A stretch of DNA of 64,000 nucleotides. It comes from Eledone cirrhosa (taxonomy: Eukaryota). The translations under genes and the position numbers were made by a program. The notes under the pieces were generated by a model. That model saw only the letters and a program-made list of their open reading frames with translations, searched no databases and had not been told where the DNA came from. The DNA lies in the NCBI GenBank assembly GCA_964016885.1, contig OZ024742.1, positions 242,482,001-242,546,000 on the forward strand, read 5' to 3'. Shown in pieces: positions 55,509 to 64,000 of the stretch. The stretch's first letter is position 1. Every line of letters starts with the position of its first letter.

Positions 55509-55584
55509 CTCAAATATAATGATTGTTTATCTTTTATTGCTTGAATAGAATTGGAGAATCGGTAGGGGAAAATTTTACGGTTAT

Positions 55585-55900
55585 AGTCGACTTTGCTTTT
55601 CATTTTACCAAGATATCATGCGTGATTGATTTAGCCTTGTATCTTATCATGATGCCATGCGTGATCGATTTTGCTTTTCATCTTACCAAGATGTCATGCG
55701 TGATTGATTTTGCCTTTTATCTTACCAAGACGTCATGCATGATTGATTTTTACTTTTATCTAATCAAGATGCCACGCGTGATTGATGTTCCCTTTTATCT
55801 TACCAAGATGTCATGTGTGATGGATTTTGCCTTTCATCCTACCAAGATGTCATGCGTGATTGACTTTGCCTTTGATCTTACCAAGATGTCATGTGTGGTT
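55585..55900 (+). repeat. 39-bp minisatellite (~8 copies)
   Basis: Consensus gtgattgattttgccttttatcttaccaagatgtcatgc. Confidence 0.9.
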
Positions 55901-57174
55901 TTGGAGTTGATAAAATAAATATTAGTCAATTACTAAGGTAGAATAGATTGACTACAATTCTACTCCCACACAAACTATATTTGTGCCTTATACTAATTTA
56001 AGAAATTACATTTCTTCCCCACCCAAACTATAGTTGTACCATATAAAATACTATTTAATGGGATAACCTATTATTCTTATTTCCTCATAGCTTCTATGAC
56101 ATAGTCTCTCTGATGACATTCAATAAAAAGACGTAAGTTAAGCAAATTATTTCTCATTGTAAGCATTTAGTCTACAAATAGTGATACTATTCCTTTAAAA
56201 TTCTCACCTATACACGCATTCTGCTCAAATCACACTTTGGTTTTCACACTTCTAATTCTCATATCCTCACATGCTTTTTCTTCAAACGAGTATCGTTCAA
56301 TACCATCATCATTTCACAATAAATACGGAATTATTTTCATAGGACTAATATAAATACGGGAAATGGTAGTTGCGATTGGATACAATATTAGAAGTAAAGG
56401 AAAGAAACAATTGTGATTAAATATAATGGTTCAATATAAATAAGAGAAAAGAGTTACTGCGACAGTATATTATGGTTTATATAGTCCAATATTTTAAGTA
56501 AGGTAAAATTGTAGTTGCAACTGGATAACGTAGATTACTGCGTTATTGTTGTTACGGTGTTAGTGCTTATACCAATGGCAGTGACAAACCTTATAAAGGA
56601 AAATAACTTCAACTGCTATTGAAAACCGGGCTATAAACTAAATTGGCCGTTAGTTTACCTTTCACTCTAATGAATCTACACTCACCAGATTTTTCTTGAT
56701 AATGATGGAAGTTAATAATGATGCCATATGTCTCCATATTTCCATGAATTATTATTGATCTCTGCCATGGCGCATACGTAAAAAATAACCTAATCAATTC
56801 TCAATATAATGCTGTCTACTCTCCTTCTCGCAAAACCAGAACATTTCTATAAGAAATTTAATGGATATTGATTTTGCTTTTTACCATATATTATCGATCA
56901 AAATTTTCTTTTGATCAGAAAGTGATTTTTTTTTTTATTTCAAATCATCGTGTTGTTTTACTTTTCCGACTTTCACCACTCCCACATCACCTACAAAAAA
57001 CGTTAGATGCTGAAGCGAATATTTAAGTTGTCATCGGTAATAATATTTTTTATCGATTTCAGTATATATCGATAATTTATCATCTCTGTCTATCGAGGAT
57101 GTTGAAGGATCGGTGGAGAGAATCACTTACTATATGTGTGTAGTTTAATTAAACGTTTATATATGTATGTATGA

Positions 57175-57235
<61 letters not shown>

Positions 57236-57659
57236 TATATATTATATGATTTATACAGGTACACACTCATACACAACGAAACATTCTATTGGTTTCTGAA
57301 TTCATTTATCCCTGCCAATCTCAGTATACGTATAGCAACACGAGAGTCGGATTGCGAATTTTAACACTTTTCTATATAAGGATGCATCCATGTTTGTGTG
57401 CTTATTCGCATGCGTGCGTAATTATAAGTAGACTATGATGTAAATTGAAAAGCAGTGAAAGAATAGTCAATACCATTAAGCAAGTAGAAAAATATTTATT
57501 TAAAGGGAAATCTCAATATGTCGCTTTGAGGTATTTCTCATCACCAATGCTTAGATTTGGTAGCGAGAAATTCCTAGCTGATGACGATCCATCATCCCCC
57601 ATACCAGTTATTGTTTTGCCGGGACGGTAGGAACTTAGTTTAGAAGTGTTTTCCACCTT

Positions 57660-60600
57660 TAATTTACAGACACATACTCAGAGAAGGCCCATTCATTCGG
57701 GCCATACTTGCTTCTCTCACCCATCTTTCAACAAAATTCTGGGAAGAGAGCACTTCCCTCTCTACCCTGATTTTCCTTTTCAAATGAAATTTGAAAAAGT
57801 TAATCAGGGCATCACCGAAGAGGTAAGTGCTCGTCTTCAACCCTTTCAAACGTGTCCACCATACTATCTCTTTCGCCATGGCCACCAGACAGATAAAAAC
57901 TGCCTGCCCTTCCCGGTTAAAGGAAGAGGGCGGGGCAATCATCACGATGGACCCAGCTGATAGCTGGATCCGTCCCACACGCGTCAGCAGGTGTTCGACA
58001 TAAACCCACAAGTCAGAAATGCTCGGACACTGGACGAGTGGGTGCAGGACGGTTTCGTCGCCTTGCGCGCATCTCGGACATGCCCGGCTGACGGCACCTC
58101 CATGCCTGTAGAGTTTATCCCGAACTGGCAAAGCTCCTCGGTAGCACTGCCAGGCCAGGGATTTCTGGAAGTTTTCCATAGGCCCCGGCCCGAAAGTTCT
58201 TCCGAAGAGATTGGCTAGTTGATTTTCGTCAACGCTTAGATTTTCCCCAAGTACGTCGTCGCTCTTCCCCTCCACTAATCCTCTATAGAACGCCAAAGTG
58301 GAGTTCCACATTGCCCGATTGATCGAGGGCTGTGAGCGCCTGAAGACATTCCAGTCTCCAAGCGCTCCCTCTCGGTCTTCGATTGACCCAGGACTGCAGC
58401 TCCGTCAAGGAGACGAGCTGGGGAAAGACGCGTCTAGCAAACGGCGACCACCTGAACACCGTCAAGGAAGAAGTGGAGATGACTAAACCTAATGGACTCT
58501 ATTCTAATCGCTCTTTTCAGAGCAAACCACCACTTGTTGTTGACGATGGCCCCCATCAACGCCCGCCTAACTAGTTCGCTAATCCGGTCTCTGTAGACCT
58601 TGCGCGCTGATAAGGACGCGTTTAGCTTCCAGTAGCCGGGTCCTCGTCTATGAAGCCTATCTAAGTCAAGCACAGAGATCACGAATTTGTGGTCCGTGTA
58701 GCTGACTATCTTGAATTGTGGACAGCCTATGCTAGACCTATCTATTTCCCTACAAAATACTCTATCTAGATATGATCTGGATGACCCTATGCGATTTGTC
58801 CAAGTCCACATTGGCACATTCGGAAAGTCCAATCGGTACCTGTCAAACAGTTCAAAACGCCTGAGCAGGTTGGTGAGGCGCTTGCACCCTCCTCCCCTAT
58901 CCGCTAATCCCACACAGTCCCAGCGTGCATCTAAGATCCCATTCCAGTCGCCCACTAACACTAAAGAGCGGGACGTTCCAAGAAAGGTGTCCAGACGCCG
59001 GAAGAAATCAGGCTGCCCTGCTCCTGTCGGGGCATAGACGGCCACTAGCCTGAAAGCTTGCCCGTCTCCGCTGGTCACGTCCAGCACCACCAACTTACCT
59101 TCTGGGTCCAGGAAGATGGCCCGTATGGCGAGATCCAAACCTCTCCGAAAAAACACAGCAACTCCTCCCCCCCCCCCCGATCCAGGACGGCTGGGAGATG
59201 CGTACACATCGTAGCCGCCGAAGATTGGTGCGAAGGTCCGTGCTTCGGAGATTCTGGTCTCGCTGATGACCACTACATCTATGTTTAGTGACCTGAGGTC
59301 GTTGGGCAGGTGGAGCTGCTTCCATGACGACCCCAAGCCACGCACATTTATGCTGCCTATTCTGAGTGAGGTCATGTTGAAATGGAGTGGAAAAGATGGG
59401 AAAGACCACTTACCTTACTTCTCCGAGAAGAGGGATGATTTCTCCATCCCTTTCCACTTGATCGTCTGGTGAAGGGACCGTTAAATCGTCCCTACGGCTG
59501 TTCGTCGGCTCTTCTGTGAGTATATCCGAATATACTCTCCGGTTGAGTGTCCCTCATAGGTCTCTGAAATCACCAACTGCGTTGGGGAATTTCGTTTTAA
59601 TGTTTGTGTATTGTTTCTGTGCTATTCTTACCAGTCTTATGTTCGTTAGTGTTTTGATTGGTGCTGGTATTATGTAGTCGTGCTGTGAAATGTCTGTGTT
59701 CAATTATGTAAGTCATTAGTTTCTTGTTGTGTGTATTTATTGCTGTGCATTTGTTTTTCTGGGGGTCGGATGTGGTTCTGCTATTTTCTTGTCGTTGTTG
59801 CTGATGGGTGTGTGTGTTTTCTTGTGTTTGCGATGTTGGTGCTTGTGGTGGTGGTGTTGAAGGTGTTTTTGTTGTTGGCAGTGGGGTTGCCGCCGGTGGT
59901 GATGGTGGTGCTAGTGTGGGTGGTGATGGTGTTGGTGGTGTTGCTGCTGTAAGTCTCTTTGCAGTAGCCTTTACCTTTTTTCGTTTCTTTCCTCCCTTTT
60001 CGAAAGCGACGATGCGCTGCTTCTGCGTTTGTGCCTTCTTGCGACCTTTTGCCATACCTCTCCCATCTTACACTCCGTGTCCGATTCTGTCAGGTCGGGG
60101 AGGGGTACCAGCTCCACTCTTTCACTTGTTGTTGGTGATGTTTTCAGTGGTGTCTCTGTTGCAGCTGCAGTTGGTATTGCTGTTGTTGTTGGTAATACTC
60201 ACACTGCCTCTGCTGTTCTTAATTTCCGTGGCGTGGGTATGGGTACCACGGACCTATCCTTCCTGGTTGCCGCCTGTCCTGTTGTTGGTAGCAGTGGAGC
60301 CGGTTTCGGAAAGAGGGGGGTTTTCTCCTTTCTTAGGGTCATCTCATTGCAGAAGGCCTTGAGGTAAGTCTTCGATCCACAGCGAAAGCATTTCGGGCGT
60401 TTGCCCTCAACACTTATGGGCAGTTGAGTGCCGTTATCGAAGTCTATCACATCCGGGATGGCTTCGATGCACTCCTGGTTTGTTTGGATTAACATCTCAA
60501 TGGAGGTGCCGACCCAATCTTCCGGTACTTTTTTCTGTACTTGCAGTACAGTTGTTTTGTCCTCTATTCCGACGAGGACAGACGCGGCCAGCCAAGAAGG

Positions 60601-61770
60601 GGCCATCCCGGGGGGAGGGGGGGGGGGTCTGTTGACCCTCACAATTTTTGTCCGCAGTAGGAGGGCACCAACACCATTCCCTCGCTCCTTAGGGTCACTA
60701 AGGATTGAGCCTTTGCCTCCTGGGGTGTGGCAAAAAGCACGGCAACGGTGGCATATTTCTTGCCTCGGATGATATGCGTTTTCCGCTGCCACACAGACCC
60801 TAAGGCTTTTAGTATTTGAGCCTCTGTGGCTCTTTCAACCCTGCGTGATTTTGTGCTTACTGTACGGTACGTGACCGTACAGTGCTGTTGTGTTTCGAAA
60901 AATGTTTCGGCTGCCTTGCAGATTGCTCGGTGTCCGGTTTTCGTCACCATCTTCTTTGCTTCCTGTAATTCCTCATTTGTTATAAGGATGGTTTCCAGGT
61001 TCTTTGCGATACCTGCAAACGAGATTGGTTTTTCTTTCTTGTTCTTGTTGTTGTTGTCGTCAGAGCTGCTGTTACTTTTGTTGTTGCTGCTGGTACTACG
61101 ACTGCCGCTGTTGCTGTGGTTGTTGTTGTTGTTGCTGCTGCAGCTGTTGTTGTTGCTGTTGCTGCTAATGCTGTTGTTGTTTATGCTGCTGCTGATGCTG
61201 TTGCGGCTGCTACTGTTGTTTTCCTTGTCACTGTTGCTGCTGCTGCTGTTATTACGGCTGCTACTGCTATTATTCATGACGTCAGACGAATGAAATGGGT
61301 TTCCGTATTTACCGCACACATTTTTCGTCGTTGTCGTCGTCGTGGAGAAATGTTCCACGTTTTGCACGTGCTCTTGGAAACTATCAGAATCTATATTTTT
61401 CTCTTTCTTTACTAGCGTCGCTTGCGAAAGAGAAGGGAGGGAGAAAGACACATTTAGAGAAGGGAGGGAGAGAGACAATCTTCTCTCTGGTGTAGTGACG
61501 ATTGAGGAAGAAGAAGACGGAATGAGTGGGAGTGACTTGTGAAAATTCTTTTTTGTAGCCATGTTTTTGGGGGGGTTTAAAATAAATATTGGGCACAAAA
61601 CCCCAATAAGCGGTTATTTAACCCCGAAGGGCCAAATAACGGGCAGAAAACCCCTCTCACGAGGAGGAGGGTGTTTTTGTCTACAATTTGGTTAAAGTTT
61701 TAAACAATTTACAATTGTTATAGCGGTTAAATTTTACAATACCTTACAGAGCCGAGCCTCCGTCAACCAT
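57660..61770 (-). mobile_element. Tx1/L1-clade LINE: ORF1 + APE endonuclease + C-terminal zinc-binding region, RT deleted
   Basis: ORF1 (61598-59597, frameshifted; knuckle CFRCGSKTYLKAFC); APE 59375-58500 (SINVRGL, GDWNGILD, LDR, TDHKFV, GPGYWKLN); C-terminal CPRC..ETVLH...C; outer boundaries approximate. Confidence 0.82.
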
Positions 61771-61802
61771 AACATTCAATAATAATAATGATAATAATAA
61801 TA

Positions 61803-61975
61803 GATGGTTAAAGAAGATTAGTCCAGCCCCGCGTTTTGGAACACTTCAAAATCATGCTTGCTGAGAACAGCAAGAACCCTCTCATACGTCTTGAATATCT
61901 GAGGCTGCAGGTAGCAGCTTGATATTCATTTCAACAAACTTTCCAGTTAAATAACATCAATGACTGAGACTCAAA

Positions 61976-62014
<39 letters not shown>

Positions 62015-62291
62015 CAGGACCTAAAGTGGGAGGTGAAAAGGATTTGGAACTGCCATGAAGTCAAAGTGATCCCGATTGTCATAGGCGCACTGGGGACTAT
62101 CTCCAAAAGTTTCCAGGGATGGTTAAAGAAAATCGGCCCCTTCACGCTTTTTGGAACGCTTCAAAAGGCATGCTTGCTTGGAACAGCAAGAACCCTCCGA
62201 TACGTCCTGAATATCTGAGGCTGCAGGTAGTGGCTTGATATTCAATCCAACGGACTTTCCAGTTAACCAACATCAATGACTGAGATTCAAG
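61803..62291 (+). mobile_element. Two tandem 5'-truncated R4/Dong-like LINE 3' ends in (TAA)n
   Basis: VIPIVIGALG..LQKACLLGTARTLRYVL; copies at 61803-61975 and 62014-62291, each bounded by (AAT)n. Confidence 0.75.
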
Positions 62292-62301
62292 GAATAACAA
62301 C

Positions 62302-62394
<93 letters not shown>

Positions 62395-63501
62395 AAGAAG
62401 AAGAAGAAGAAGAAGAAGAAGAAGAAGACGCACGAGGTGACGGAGGTCATGAAATCGCTCCCGTAAGTTTTGAATTTTTAACATATTTAAATCATTTGTG
62501 AAATAACAACTCTTAGTACAAATGCTACGTAAAGCACCCGGCTTGAGCCCCAAAAAATTCGGACCCAAAATATATTGTTATAAGGCTCAAATATTCAAAT
62601 ATTCAATTTGTATTGTACACTGTATATCCAAAAAAGAAAATGGCTATAAATGGAAGAAGAACCCCCCCCCCCTCCTCTCCTCTGTCTACACTATATAGAA
62701 CAGCCAAACTCACCAACACTAGAAACTAGATACACCACCCACCCCATCACCTGTGTACACTAAACACAACAGCCAGATAACGGCATTTTCACCACCACCG
62801 CTCACTACGGCCATCATTACCACCATTATCCCATCACCGCCGCCACCACCCCTTCACTCCTTCACTGCTACCACCGCTACAGCACCATCACTACAGTAAT
62901 ACGGTCACATCACCGCCACCATTGCCTCGGTATCGACATCACCACCACCACTGTCTCAGTATCGCTACCGCCGCCAGTCCTCCACTTCTCCCAGCTGGCT
63001 GCGATGGCTGCTTCCACCACATTATAGAATCCCTACTGCTAAAAAAGAGGAAGGCATCAAAATATATAGATAGACTCAAAAGAAAAAAGAAAAAACAAAC
63101 AACAAAACCAAAGCAGCACAGCAACAACAGCAAAAAACGAGAAAATCAAACAGAGAAAAACAAAAACAAAAAAAAAAACCCAAAAACGTAAAGAAAATAA
63201 GAATGAAGAGAGAAGCAGGCGGACGGACAGAGAAGAGGGGGGAAAAACTAAAACTTAAAAAACAAAAACTAAGTCAGGCATTCGAACACTACATTACAAT
63301 GAAACTTATGCTTATTCATTTTTGGGGCCCTTTCTGCCTGTGTGTTTGTTTGTTTATGTGTGTTCGTATACAGCGTGGTGATAATGCCACACAAGGGCCA
63401 AGTTGAATGGCGGATCCACAGATGGCTATGTAACCATACATTCGCCAATCCTCGATAAGAGTGTTTAAATATCGAACATAAACAGTTCGAATAACGGTGA
63501 A

Positions 63502-64000
63502 ATGGAGACTAGAACGTCATGTGACAGACTCTCACCCAACAGGTGCCCCCTGGCTCAGCAGCAGGAACCTGACTGTCAACCAAATACTGCTGATGTTGGA
63601 GGAAGGAGAAGAAGGAAAGGGGCCAGAACCAACTGGACGAAAGAATTGAATAGAACTGTTATGCAATGTTACCTGAAAAGGAGAGGGGCTACAGGAGACG
63701 GATGCATAACATCTGGAACGAGATTGGTTTATTTAAATTAGATGAACAAAAATTGGCCGGGCAGGCTCAGGTAATAAGAACTAATGGGTGGATAAGCGAG
63801 CTGGAACTGGAGGAACTGAGCAGAGAGAATGGCTTGGAGATGGCGGGTGTAGTATGCCAGACAAGCGAGCCAGTGGGAAATGAAGGTGAAGAGGTCCTGA
63901 GAACGGAGGAACCACCCGAAGCAGACAATGATCTGAATACTGAGATAAATAATACCTGGAACAGAGATACGGCCACTGAGGAGATGAATGCTGACGGGCT
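63502..64000 (+). mobile_element. N-terminal region of an R4/Dong-like LINE, frameshifted, runs off the window
   Basis: RTNWTKELNRTVMQCY / GYRRRMHNIW..EQKLAGQAQVIRTNGWISELELEEL. Confidence 0.65.

Noticed and set aside
57571-57634. ttcctag-CTGATGA...taggaa
   Set aside because: No GAAA box or stem III
59808-61495. Plus-strand Leu/Val/Ala-rich ORFs
   Set aside because: Antisense shadows of the trinucleotide-rich LINE ORF1

Overview
AT-rich eukaryotic non-genic DNA, very dense in (TA)n/(TG)n/(CATA)n microsatellites. The repeat content resembles a cephalopod (octopus-like) genome, but that is inference. No host protein-coding gene can be supported: most predicted ORFs are microsatellite translations or decayed transposon reading frames. 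The window is a nest of mobile elements: at least 8 Penelope-like element (PLE) fragments (Naiad-like, Neptune-like, Poseidon-like; RT + GIY-YIG), RTE-clade LINE 3' ends, a Tx1/L1-clade LINE lacking its RT, R4/Dong-like LINE pieces in (TAA)n, two non-autonomous Helitrons, a Tc1/mariner-type MITE and tRNA-derived SINEs (several with clear TSDs). The main signal invisible to the ORF track is a dense, diverse set of type-I hammerhead ribozymes (HHRs) folded by eye: about 17 with an intact CUGANGA/GAAA/UH core, 3 with a compensatory U3-A8 core and several degenerate copies. Most have short palindromic stem III helices. They sit in PLE pseudo-LTRs (pLTRs), in 467- and 533-bp tandem retrozyme-like repeats, and in stand-alone palindromic units carrying a ribozyme on each strand. 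None of the folds was computed or tested.
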